A DNA stretch of 64,000 bases from Antedon mediterranea (taxonomy: Eukaryota > Animalia > Echinodermata): contig NC_092673.1 in the NCBI RefSeq assembly GCF_964355755.1, positions 3,596,001 to 3,660,000 on the forward strand. Reading direction: 5' to 3'. Under the pieces are notes generated by a model, which was not told where the DNA came from, ran no database searches, and was given only the letters and a program-made list of their open reading frames with translations. The position numbers and the translations under genes are program-made. This document shows, in pieces, positions 40,001-52,447 of this stretch. Numbering within the stretch: the first letter of the stretch is position 1; every line of letters begins with the position of its first letter.

Positions 40001-40743
40001 ACTATATTACAGTATTTTCATTGGTTTTATTCTCACGATTTTTAAACTCATTATACATATTGATAGAGGGCGGACTAACAAAAAATGAAGTCCTCACTCA
40101 GTCTTTCCAATTAAATTTAGGCTTCGAAAAGAAGGTTAAACAAGAAATATTTCTTACAAAAAAACGCTGCTCGCTTATTGAAAAATATTTTTTATTTCAA
40201 ATGTTTTTGAATTTGTCATTTTATTGTCACATAATAGTTATTTTACCTGAAAAAATGTAATTTAAAGCAACAAATACTTAAATTGTCTGTCAGACAATGG
40301 TTTTGGGGTTTCTTTTCTCTTTTTATATGTGAATAAATATTATTTTTTTGTTACAGAAGTAAATACTCAATTTCTGTCACTTTAGTTAATTTCATTGCTA
40401 AGGTCAAGTCTGGGGTCACTTCATCACCCTAGATATTTCAAGTATGAGGTATCCTATTACAAACACAAACTTTAATGGACTGAACTCGATAATAATTCAA
40501 TGAATATCTGACAGTAAATTACAGTCAAAAGTATGTCATAATAGACTCTTTTCCCAGGAGTTTTTTGGGTCTACAGTAGCAGCTGAAAATCTATAAATTA
40601 TAGTGGAGTTTCCATTTTCGCAAAACTGTCGTCCTTAGAACTATAACTGCTGCTTGCTTTAGCTTCTGATTAAGTAGTCCTAATGGGACGTCGTAGCGGG
40701 CTAGAGCAGCAGCAGCGTGAAAAGTTGCTAAAGCATTTTTTAG

Positions 40744-41141
40744 TACCATATTTGTTCGATCAGGAGGGTTTAGGGGAGGTTATTCAATTCGCGGTGAATG
40801 GATTTATTCGGGTGTATGAGGTGTTTATTGTTTTTGGGTGAATATGTATCACATGTATAATCAAATAAATACCCCTAGATATGAAAAAAATACAAAACAA
40901 TTAAAATATCGAGAAGTGATCATAAAACAGTAAAAATGGTATGAAAATGCTTGATAAATTGTAGATCAACAAATCAATGAATTCTACTACAAATAGAAAT
41001 GTGCTGTATATTGTATAAATATTCATGTTATTATTAGAGGAAATAAATAAAAACAGGCGTTTATTCCATATTTCAAATGTGGGAGGGGGTGTGAGAGGAG
41101 GGTTATTCAATGCGAGCCGTTTATTCGAATAAATACGATAA
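40744..41141. mobile_element. Possible decayed Tc1/mariner-pogo-type MITE
   Basis: The right end CGTTTATTCGAATAAATACGATA matches the left end TACCATATTTGTTCGA as an imperfect inverted repeat. An internal GGTTATTCAAT..GCG motif occurs twice. Confidence 0.4.
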
Positions 41142-42107
41142 TACAATAATTTAATATTTGGACTTTAAAAGAAATGAAATCATCAATTCTAAAAACACAG
41201 TAGTAATGTTGATAATAATTGTTATAGGCCTATCGCAAATTCGAACTATTGTCAGTTTGCTTCCTTGTGTGTGTCTATATATGCCATTTGAGCAAACCGG
41301 AATATAAACTTTATTTATCAAATAGATCTGCACTTTGGTCGCACGCACCTAAATCGTAAATATTTATAGGGATAGCAATAATAACAATAACAATATGCCA
41401 TAGGCCCATGTTTTATTATGACTGTTGTAATAGTATAGTCGAGTTGCGAGGGAATTCTCAGTCAATAAAATCAATATCTAAGAAGAAAATGACGTCATCA
41501 CATCACGACCTGGTCATTGTGTAAACTTCCGACAAAACAATTCATGATCGGACGTTTTTCATTTCTTGACCAGACGTAGATCACGTCCTGAGGTCTGCTT
41601 TCCTAGAATTCAAAGTCTTGGGACCATATCACAGTTGGCTATACTTAAAGATTCGGACAAACATTTGGCATGACTATGTCAGAAAAATCATAAAGGAAAA
41701 TTTAGATTTCGAATTAATCACTATACTAACATAAATTTATTTATAAAGAACCCCGTAATAATCGACGCACTCACTACATAAATCCTAGCCTAGACATTTT
41801 TTTTTTAAATAATTTTCCTCCGAATGTTTCAAATAGACATAGGAAAGCCCGAGGCCTATATGCTATTTATACTTTTTAAAATTATATTAAATGTTATATA
41901 ATTCCAAAAGTCTTCAAAAGGTAATTGTTTTTATTTTGTAATTTTGAATTCAATAAATCAAATCAAAACTGATTCCATGGAGTAAAGAATATAATAGAAT
42001 TGTGACATAATAAAAATTGCAATGAACTTGTTATTTAAAAAATCTTATAACAATAGAAAAAACAATAATATGATCGATTATTGTTCTATCTATTTATTAT
42101 GTAAATT

Positions 42108-42200
42108 ACGTTGTTGCCATGGGTCGTCGGGTGTGTTCCCTATTGAAATCTGAAATTTCCCACAATCCCCTGTTTATTGTCTGTGTGGTATCAGAAACAG
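42108..42200 (+). promoter_or_regulatory. Putative CK1alpha TATA-less housekeeping promoter
   Basis: GTTGCCATGG (RFX X-box-like, about 42114) and TTTCCCACAATCC (ZNF143/SBS-like, about 42156), with a local CpG cluster 130-210 bp upstream of the ATG. Confidence 0.45.
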
Positions 42201-42322
42201 CAACAACGTCGTCGAAGGAAAAACATAAAATGACTCACATCCGTTAAGAAACCAGTCATATTTTTTGTGATTTCAACAATATTTTGAGTAAAACAAGTGT
42301 GTTATAGGAACAAGTATACATA

Positions 42323-42442
42323 ATGTCTAGTGCGGGTACGACGAAAGAGTTTATTGTAGGAGGAAAATACCGTTTAGTTCGAAAAATTGGAAGTGGGTCG
42401 TTCGGCGACATCTACTTGGGCATCAATATCACAAATGGAGAG
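42323..42442 (+). CDS. CSNK1A1: Casein kinase I alpha, coding exon 1
   Basis: Encodes [40 protein letters not shown] (Gly-rich loop). Donor GAG|GTAGGC; 120 nt. Confidence 0.96.
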
Positions 42443-43005
42443 GTAGGCCTAGGCTAGTGTGTTTTCGCCTGTGTGTTTCTATTCTGTACTAGCCTAGCCT
42501 TAATGGTAGGCCAACAATTAGGAGTTTGTTCAATGACTGGAGTTAGTATGAGAGTGTGTTGTCAGGCCGAAATGTTGTGAAATTTAAGGCCTAGAGTATG
42601 AGTGAGGCTTAACGTTTCTCCTAGATAAATTATAATCTTAATATTTAATAATAATAGAATGAATGTTGTTTTCTTTTCTCTATATAGGCCTAGGCCTATA
42701 ATGTTAGTTAGGCCTCCTGGCTTAGCCTTGAGAGGCCTGACTGTAGACTAAGAAAACCTAGGCCTAGCCTAGTAGTAGTAGTAGGTCTTTTAACTCACTG
42801 AGTCGATATTAAAGTTTGATACATACATGATATTTGTAGTTTATTTCAATGATAATGTATAAAAAGGGGAATTTTTCTACGACATCGTATAAGTATTCCA
42901 GTTTATTCCAGGTAAAGATTTGAATCAAATTCTGAATACTACAAATTCAATCATCAGAATGTGTAATGAATAAATAATATTTCATAATTTTGAATTTGTT
43001 TTCAG

Positions 43006-43112
43006 GAAATTGCAGTAAAGTTAGAATCACATAAAGCAAGACACCCACAATTATTATATGAAAGTAAACTATATAAAATATTACAAGGAGGACCAGGAAT
43101 CCCACATATAAG
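43006..43112 (+). CDS. CSNK1A1: CK1alpha exon 2
   Basis: TTTTCAG|, encodes [35 protein letters not shown](R), |GTACAG; 107 nt. Confidence 0.97.
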
Positions 43113-46100
43113 GTACAGTGTAACAAAATTCTAACTCAAATATGATTTATTTCATTCCATATGTTATTTTAAACTTTATAATTATAGTGCACGTACAAAC
43201 TGATGGTGATGAAGAAGAATCTTTGACGAGGTATGGAGTTGAAAAACTGGTCCGCTACAGTACCCGTTGGTCAATCATGAACTATGACATCTTGTCTTCA
43301 AAGTAATATGCTAAGATTAGGGTAGAGAATGGATGTAAATATTGGATAATAATAATAAGACCATATTTTCTTTTGGGTTATTACATGTAAATGGATTTTT
43401 TCTTTTTTTTCTGATTAGGAAGTACAATAAATAAGAAAAGTTTTGCTTTCTCCTCTAAATAAACCACTTAAATATTGTTTTTTTTTTTATAACAAATACT
43501 TTTCTTCATGTCATGCTCTGTTCCTTACAGTGAAGAACAATTATTATGATTATTTATTTTTTGCCAAGAAGTCGCACTTCTCTGTCAAAACATTTTCTGG
43601 CAAAACATATCAAATTTATTTTTAGCCCATTCCAAGCAAAAACATGTTTTGTCATACCATGAAGGTCATAATATTATGCAACTATTATTAATTTAATAAT
43701 GGTAGTCATAATGGTGGCTATCAATTCTTTAATACTTTTTTTTTGCAGTTAGAAACTATGTTTTTTTGCTTATTTTGGGTTAATTAATGTTAATTTATTG
43801 TTGATGATGCAAACAGAATATGAATCCTTATAATTCATGTGTATTGAGTGAAACGTACCAGAATTCCATAGATAGTTAGTTTATTGTAACATCACAATAG
43901 TAGGTCTGTCTTGCCGTTAATAGAATCAATTGGCCATATTTCTTCTGTCTCATTAATATAATATTATATAACACACATATTGGTAGATTCTTTTCATTTG
44001 ATTGGACTATTGTTGGTTTTTTCGATCTAAATTCTAATCATATGAGCGTTATATTAGCAACATAGTTGTGCAAAAAAACATATCGCAGAGGAGAAATAGG
44101 TGTAAAGGTTGGAATTTAATCATCAGTTTATTATTTAACAAGATGTGTTATTAATTAATACAACACTGAATTAATTTCTACAGTTTAATTTGGAAAAAAT
44201 ATTACTCAAATTTTAAAGCCCACGTGAATATTAACTCTGCTTGCACAAATTTTATATACAGAACATTTCCAGCTGTAACAAGCATTGATTTGCATAATGT
44301 TCTCTCTGCCAATAGCAATTAGTGTAGCATATCTTAGGTCAGAGGTCAATTAGAGTTCACACTAACATTTTAGTTGTTTTTAGGAATACTGACACAGTTG
44401 GGTGGATTGTGTTGTTGAATAAGCCTAATCAAAATGCAATGATTGTTGTTAACTGCATTGAACCACACCCAATGTTTGTAATATATACAATAATTTGATT
44501 TTAGATTGTGTGTGATTAATGGGAAATAATAATTGTTTGTTTTAAAAAATATATTGAATTAATTATACTTTTGCCAACTCATCAAATGGCTGCAATGCTA
44601 GCTGCGTGTCATGATGTTCTTAATCATGTAAACTGTATTTATTATAATGCTGTATTTATTATTCACTAAATTATCTTATTTTGAATAACAAATTAGCCAT
44701 CGTGAGTTGAGAGAAATAAGGTAGAAAAGTGTCGGTTTAGAGGAAGTCTTCTTGCTGAATGTCTCATAGTATTAATGACATTTTCAATGCTCTTAGAGGG
44801 TTGATGAAAAATCAAGGCAGTCACATGCACCTGATTCTTATTCCATTATTATGTGTCCAGTAACAGTGTTACATTATGTATCACATGTGTTACTGTACAT
44901 GTTTAGGTTCGGCATTTCTCACTATTAGTATTACAGAATTTACAATATAGACAGTGGGAGCTATACGGTACAGTGTTTAGTTTGAAACTAAGCCAAGTGC
45001 AAGGCCAAAGAACGTACAACATTTTGAATTGATAAAATGTCCAATGTATGTCTGTATCTGTAAGAAAGATTATGACGTATATAATGCACCAACACTGTGT
45101 GTCAAATATAATCACTTTGTTTATACTCTTGTGTTCTGTATAGGAAGTGCTGGACATGTTCCAACAGAAGATGCTATTGAACTCATCTTCATTGTGTGCT
45201 CGTCAAACATTTTATTATTTTGCTTATTAGTTCTGTTCAAGGTATTCTTTGAGTCATGGAGGTTTAAAGATTTGTTTGTTTCATGTCCATAGCTCAGTAC
45301 AAGAACAAGGTTTTCGATATGTACAGCCTATGTATTAAACTATTGTACACTTTAATAATAGTGTAGGTACTACTTGTTGCTAACATTTTTAAAATAATTT
45401 GTTTACTGCATAAATTACCTCAATTTTCTCAACTCAGAAGTACTCATAATACATAGTCCTGTAAATTATTTTCTTCCCAAAATATTGGTCTAAAAAAGCA
45501 ACAAAAAAAATGTTTTGTATTTTTAACATGATTTTGGTAGTTTTTTAGTAGAACATATCATAGTGAATTATACATGATATCGCTTGCGCTATGGTAGTAT
45601 TAGTGTAACACTAGATATCCGTTAATTGATATGTTCTGTTATTGTATGAAAATTATTTTTTTCCACACTACCTACTGTAATTTACCATATGTATGTTTTG
45701 GTAATATTATAGTCAATGTTATTTGGCAGAAACTAAATTCCCACTTCATTTGTCATTTTAAGACAAAAAATATAACTTGTACTTTCCAAAATTGTTACTT
45801 TTGGCTCTGTAACCAATATTCAACGTTTGTCTTTTAAAAGTTCCACTTTAGTTCACACACAAAATGGGCTTTGTTTTCTTTGTTGACTGACTTCACTTTG
45901 ACTGGTATTGCACCAGAAAACAGCAACCCCGTGTTTGTTAGATTCTGACAGACTGATGGAATAACAACAGGCTTAGTAACAAAATACTGTTGTTGAACAT
46001 CAGTGGGATCTACAGATGGTTAATTTTAGATGTGATCATAAGCCAAGTATTTTACATTTATCATCAATCTTTCAATTTCTACTTATATTGTAAATAAGCT

Positions 46101-46774
46101 GTATTAAGTACACTTTGTTGTTATCTCTTAAAATTAAAGACTACATTGTTATGTTTTTTTATCAACATAATAAAGTTAAATCTATTTTTTAAACTGTACA
46201 GTTAGTACTGTACTATCAAGTCTAGATGTCAAGTCAGTTAAACATTAAAATGTTTTGTTCATGTTCTGGTCTCAATATCTATGTTCATTAACATTTTTAG
46301 TAAACATTATTTAATTATATTTACAGTACACAAAATGTGTTTATTGACATTGCCAATAACATTAAAATCTTTTAATGCCGATAACCTTTTGGTAGCTGTG
46401 ACTGTAGAAGTCATTCGCCGTATTACTATTTAATTTTACGACTTAGGTAAAGTCCCATTTAATGCCAATACAGCACTCATCGGACTATGATAGGCATTAA
46501 TGGTATATATACAACTATCTGGCTTACCCCAGTAGGTGACTTATTGATAAAATAGGCTAATCTAGTGTGTTGCATCTGGGGGTCATTGATATATGTGTGA
46601 AGGTATGATATCACTCCACCCAGATTCACACTCTACATACTCATTGGATTCTATGCCAGAATTGAATGACTCAATTCCACGTAATACAATCAACAGTTTT
46701 AAAAATTAACATTTCCTATGTTTTATTAATGAAACCGTAATGATTCAAACAATGTTAAATTGGCCTACAGTACT

Positions 46775-46972
46775 TTACAGTTATAATGTAAAGAAAATAT
46801 TTTGAATAAATTTGAAATAAATTTATAATGTACAGTTCGAACCTATATTGAGGGGCTTTACAGTTAAACTTATAATGTATAGAAAATATTTTGAAAGAAA
46901 TTTGTAATGTACAGTCAAACCCATATTAAGGGGATACCTTTGAGACCAACAGAGTGTCCCCTTAATAATGGT
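46775..46972. repeat. About 85-bp tandem duplication carrying a Tc1/Tigger-like TIR fragment
   Basis: TTATAATGTA.AGAAAATATTTTGAA.AAATTT..TAATGTACAGT..AACC.ATATT.AGGGG occurs twice. The second copy continues ATTAAGGGGATAC...GTGTCCCCTTAAT as an inverted pair. Confidence 0.55.
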
Positions 46973-47102
46973 ACTGTATCACCTGAATAGTGGTTAGCCA
47001 TGTATTTTACCACGTTTGTTTGTCCCAATAATATTGTAACCCCTGAAAAGAGATCCCAAAAGAGTTGTTCTGCTGCATTTTCGATATACATTACTGTACC
47101 TG

Positions 47103-47240
47103 TAAAGGTCAATTTACAGACGAGCGGTAATGCTTGACCCACGTAGAATCTAAGCGGAACCGTCCACTCCGCCTTGTGTGTAAATGGTCAGAAGGAATAA
47201 CATTTTTTACCATTACCGCTTGTCTGTGTAAATTGGCCTT
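47103..47240. mobile_element. MITE family B (Harbinger-like), copy 1
   Basis: TIR AGGTCAATTTACAGACGAGCGGTAA...TTACCGCTTGTCTGTGTAAATTGGCCT. Internal CCACGTAGAATCTA is found inverted in the 56198 copy and, degenerately, in the 57030 copy. Confidence 0.75.
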
Positions 47241-47341
47241 TTTAGCCTGTTTTATTCTAGTTAACAAGCTTATAACTTTTTGTTTTTAGTGTATATATAA
47301 ATTTGATTTTTAATGTATTTTTTTCTTCATTTTCTTTAAAG

Positions 47342-47468
47342 GTGGTATGGTACGGAAAAAGAATATAATGTCTTAGTAATGGAACTGCTTGGGCCCAGTT
47401 TAGAAGATTTGTTCAACTTTTGCTCAAGAAAATTCACAATGAAAACAGTTTTGATGTTAGCTGATCAG
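47342..47468 (+). CDS. CSNK1A1: CK1alpha exon 3
   Basis: TTTAAAG|G, encodes [42 protein letters not shown], |GTACGT; 127 nt. Confidence 0.97.
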
Positions 47469-49996
47469 GTACGTTTTAAAACAGCATTTACAATTATTAT
47501 AATTTAAATGAAGTAAATCATTAATACAATTCTCGAATATTAATTATATAATAGTAAGGGTGTGGTCAGGTTTCCTGTTTCGTGCCTCGCTTAGATAATT
47601 TAAATGTTCAAAAAAATAACTTAAGTGTGTACAGTGTATTAAGTGACGTCGTCCACCATGGTTTTAAACATGGCTGTAAATTGTAATCAAAATTTGAATT
47701 GCTAAATCCAAAACCTACATAAAATGATTGCATGCAAGCTGACCAAAAACAAATCAGTGGTTCGTTAGATAGCCATTGATCAATTTAAGAATGTTTATCA
47801 TTTTGCCTCTTTTATAATCTCGGCACGTTCATGAATGTTTGCTCAGTTTGAGATGAACTTTGACCTTTGTTTGATATTACGGCAATGGAATGAATAATTT
47901 ACTGATTGCATACTCAATTTTGTATTTTAAAGTTGGATAAATAAAATGTTATATTACTGTAGTTTCACTATTAATAATCATAGAAAAATACTAATGTTTA
48001 TGCTACATTGTGCTAATAGTTGACCAATAAAAATGTTTATGTCATGTACTGTATAATATTAAATTATTAATCTAATCAAGACGGAAAACTTGATGTGATT
48101 TTTTTCTTCTTTGTCAATACTAATTTAAAAAAAACAAATTAGGATGGGTGTATTCTGTTGTCAATTTACTGTACAAATTCTACCATTTGTAAGCCATTTC
48201 TGAATCGCTACAATCTAGCCTTGAATGTTGTGTGTTTTTCTTTGGCAATATACTTTTTATCCTGCTGCTTGCTGAGCATGTTATTGGTTTTATTGGGCGT
48301 TTTACGTAGCTTTTTGTGTTGTTTTTTTTGTGTACTGTTGTATAGACCATTGATCACTGTGTAACACCACCTAGTATTGTGTTGAATCTTAACACTTGAA
48401 CTGATATCAAGGTTCACTGAATCTTGCATCTGGATGGCGTTCATAGCTAGCTTGCATTATTCTGGTCGTTTGTACATAGGCGTTAAAAATACCAATGAAA
48501 TTCCTGTTTTAAGGTATTTTACAATCTAGTGTGATGATGAATTACGTTTTTGTATAAAAAAAAAATTCCAATAATACAGTAGGCCTACAGTATACACTGT
48601 ACATAGAGCCTTTCTATAAAGATATTGTTCACTGCCATTTCTTTCTTTGAATATCATTATCAAGCGATACTTTTCTATGCTTCACTGGGTACAGACTTAT
48701 AGAAATAACGTTTTTACACTTAGGGCGTACAGTATGCATGATGTAATAATAATATTATTAATTTGTCTGTCGTTGTCAACTGAAATCATTGTAATGTGTA
48801 TAATATTTAAAGAAAATATATGGATACAAAAATACCATAGAAAAATTAGATTCAGATTACGAAATACTGTATATAAATAAAAAATTATATTTGAATCTAT
48901 AATTGGACAATTTTTAAAAATTAAACAATTATGATTGTGTATATACTGTACAGATTTAAAACTACAGTAGTTAAAGACTTTATCCCTACGGTATTTTATC
49001 ACTAAAATAAATTGTAGGCCAAAAAAATCTTAAATTGAAGTTTACATTGTCTTTTCATTATGAATGCAATTACTCATATTGTGTCTTACACTACAGTAAA
49101 TATGACGTATTTATCAAGTACTGTACCTTCATTATGAATACAATAGCTTTCATTTACTACTAGTTATGATAAAACGTGCGTCTCTACTAATCTGACACCA
49201 CAGTATGTTCAACTGACCTCAGTAAAATATTTACTAATACCGTATGGAAAAGAAATCATTATCAAAAGTCACCTTTAATGTTGAATTTATATTGTTGTAA
49301 AGAGAAAGGCATTTAAATCAAAGCAAAACTGGTCATCGAGTGGGAAGTGTACAGTTAATAACTGTGGGTCTTTGTTCATTTGATATAAAATGAACATTAA
49401 ATTATAAGCCACAATTGCTCATTTTAAGGATTGATACAGTATTTAAAGATGTACTGTATTGTCCCTCAAAAACATGAACAAAATGAAGATTATTTTTAAA
49501 AAAAGACTTAAATAGGCCATTTTACAGTTTCAATAAAGTTAATCATTAAAGTAGAGAAAAAAATGTTTTCACTTATAAAAAGACTAAAGAAAACAAAAGT
49601 AACCAACAAAAAATGTCTTTTTTATACGATTGAAAACAATTGCAAAATAGTTTCCCATGTTCTCATCTTGCGTTCCAAATCAATTTCATGCAATATAAAA
49701 AGCCAGGCTTTGTTTGTATTTGTTTATTTGTTGCTATTTAACCTTTTAGAGGAAGTAAAATATAATGATGGTAGTACAGTGCTTTAGTATAATAATATGT
49801 TAGGACACCAGTTGAATACTATAAAATCCAATGCTTATTATTGTATTAACAGTACTGTATATCCAATACAATACAAGTGGAAACAAAGGTAATCCATTTA
49901 GGAAAGTTCAGGATTACACTGTTTGTTTAAAGGGACCTTGGACCATGCTTTCAATTTCACTTAATATTAACCATGATACTATAGTAGTATCACTAT

Positions 49997-50823
49997 GGCC
50001 CCGTTTCTGCTGCCAAAAATATACCGTATATATACGGTATATTTTTTGGCAGCAGAAATGGGTCTCATAAAAAATATACCGTATATATATGCGGTATATA
50101 TACCGCATAAATATCCCCATCGTTTGTGGATATTATACGGTATATTCCAAAAGATACCGTATATTTCGTACCCCGTTTCTGCTGCACTCAAAATATACCG
50201 TATATGTGACCCGGCCCATGACACGAGGTCAAAAACTAACAGAGCGTGACGCGTTTGTTTGATATTTCTGCTGCATTGACACACACGTGTATAAGCAAGC
50301 AACAGATCAAAATATCACTGTGGACTGAAGAAATAACTATTTTTGCAATTCAATTGTGGGGAGAAGCGAAGGTTGGGAGGAGACTGCATGGTAACAGAAG
50401 AGATACCGAGATTTACAAAAGTATCTCAAACAAAATAAAAGCAGAATTTGTGGTAGACTTAATAACGTCAAAGTTATCGGCAAATGCCGTCGTCTTCTTT
50501 GCATAAATCTAGTCAATGCCCATTCTACATTTCTAGATTGTTTGTGCGGTGTAAATTCGTTGCCACTTCTGCTCATTAGATTTAAAATAGAAAGCAATGC
50601 TACGACGTTTTGAGAAACCATCATTGTTTTGTTTTTGTCATGTAATCTCACTACACGAGACTCTAGGTCAATCCATACTTCCGTCTCACGAAATGCATTT
50701 TGGGTAATGAAAGCCAACTTTTTTACAGCCCACCCACGAAGTATGTGCAGCGGAAACGGTACACGAATTCCATATAGGGTATATTTATACGGTATATTTG
50801 GGATTGGCAGCAGAAACAGGGCC
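49997..50823. mobile_element. PIF/Harbinger internal-deletion derivative with a Myb/SANT-like gene remnant
   Basis: TIRs GGCCCCGTTTCTGCTGCCAA and TTGGCAGCAGAAACAGGGCC; the 3-bp flank TAT is on both sides; subterminal ATACCGTATA repeats. A + strand fragment encodes WTEEITIFAIQLWGEAKVGRRLHGNRRDTEIYKSISNKIK. Confidence 0.8.
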
Positions 50824-52016
50824 TATTAAATATTCAAATAATATTAATAATACAGTGCTTAAAATTTATATTTTTTCATCACTAATACTTATTGATAAGT
50901 AGCAATGATGATAGATGATTTGCTTGATAATTCCGAGGAAGGTTAATATTGTCCACAGTTTCCTGTGTTTATAAAATGATCAATGATCTGTAGTGGACTT
51001 GACTAATATTATGTTATTATTAAGAGCATAATATGTCACTGTACAAGTAGTACCTTTTAGCCCTTAAACCAACATTCTAGGAACTAATATTATTATCAGA
51101 CTATACACTTTTGACACCAATGATTTTATGAATGCAGAATTTTTGCTATACTGTACAGTGCTACTACTATACTTTTGAACTCATATGTCACGGATGAGTG
51201 AATTTGTCAGGTCACTACAGTGTCAATGAAATACTTCCTTAATATTAATGTAATTATAATTGCATGTGCACATACAGTATCTGTGTTTTTGCTGCTACTG
51301 TATAATGTACAGTATGATTAATGGGTTTGTATAAGAAAAGTATGTACAATGCAAATAGCCTTAATAAATCTTTGAAAATTGAATCAGTCTTTTAATTAAT
51401 TGAAAATAGCAATATACATTTAATTTTTAGATGTCAAAATCTGATTTACAGTAGGGTATACTGTACAATCAACTTGATACTAGAAAAATACTAATTGTAT
51501 AGTGACCTCAAACATAAAAACACCTACGTACATTTGTCATTTTACATTCTGTGTACAGTTACACTTATCGTTGAGTCTTTTTGATGAAGGTATAAAATAA
51601 TTATTTTATACATCCATGCACAGTTAAAACATTTTTCTACTTTTGAGTTATTAATTATTGAAGGTTCAAATACAGAAATTGTTGTGATGATAATTACTGT
51701 AGGTAATGTTCTCGAAGAATAATTAGATAAAACTTGCATCTTGTGTGTACAGTACTGTATGTTTTGTGAACAAATTGCCACCTGGACATTTAAAGTTAAT
51801 ATTGCAACCTGGACATTTTAGTTAAAATTCAATATTTGTAAAATTTTTTATTATGTAACACCTAAAAATCATCATGCATGTTTGGGTTATGAGAGAAACT
51901 ATGCATTTATTATTATTTACTCTATGATTGTGCTATGTAGTATTTTGCGCATTTTGTTGTAAGCCTTTTTCCCTTTGATTTATATGTATCCCGCTTCTTT
52001 TCCCTCTGCCGTATAG

Positions 52017-52115
52017 ATGATAGGCCGTGTTGAGTATGTACACAGCAAGAATTTCATCCACCGTGATATCAAACCAGACAACTTCTTAATGGGCATTGGC
52101 AGACATTGTAATAAG
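52017..52115 (+). CDS. CSNK1A1: CK1alpha exon 4a (catalytic loop, canonical alpha type)
   Basis: Pyrimidine tract then TATAG|, encodes [33 protein letters not shown], |GTAAAA; 99 nt, phase 0/0. Confidence 0.95.
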
Positions 52116-52173
52116 GTAAAACTCAATTGTATTTGTCTTTTTCTTTTTCGTTCCTCGACTGCACTCGCTGTAG

Positions 52174-52272
52174 ATGATCAGTCGTACCGAGTACATCCAC
52201 AACAAGCACTTCATTCACCGGGATGTGAAACCGGATAATTTTCTAATGGGTATCGGACGACACTGTAACCAG
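52174..52272 (+). CDS. CSNK1A1: CK1alpha exon 4b (duplicated alternative catalytic-loop exon)
   Basis: CTGTAG|, encodes [33 protein letters not shown], |GTAACA; 99 nt, phase 0/0, no stops, 26/33 aa identical to 4a. Confidence 0.92.
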
Positions 52273-52423
52273 GTAACATTTATACAACTACCGTACTGAC
52301 AAGAGAATAAGCCTTGAAAATAACATGTTTGTTTGGAAGAATTATCCATACAGTATGAACCCAACTGGGTGTACACTGTAAAACACAGAGAGGTCATGTT
52401 GTTTTGGAAATTATTCCTTATTT

Positions 52424-52447
52424 GGGGGTGAGGGGGACGGGAATGGG
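52424..52447 (+). other. Intronic G-run cluster / canonical G-quadruplex motif
   Basis: GGGGG-TGA-GGGGG-AC-GGG-AAT-GGG, 151 nt downstream of the exon 4b donor. Confidence 0.6.

Noticed and set aside
40789-40801. CGCGGTGAATG match to the 3' half of miR-124 (and TCTTTGGTTA, miR-9-like, at about 8208)
   Set aside because: The matches are partial, lack the rest of the mature sequence, and have no precursor hairpin.
39190-41600. Divergent minus-strand gene from a bidirectional CK1alpha promoter (CRE at 41490, ETS at 41525, acceptor-like site near 39328)
   Set aside because: No coherent coding exons or recognisable protein could be assembled. A lncRNA cannot be excluded without transcript data.
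52174-52272. Exon 4b as an assembly duplication or dead pseudo-exon
   Set aside because: Extensive synonymous divergence with conserved catalytic residues, length, phase and splice sites argues against both.
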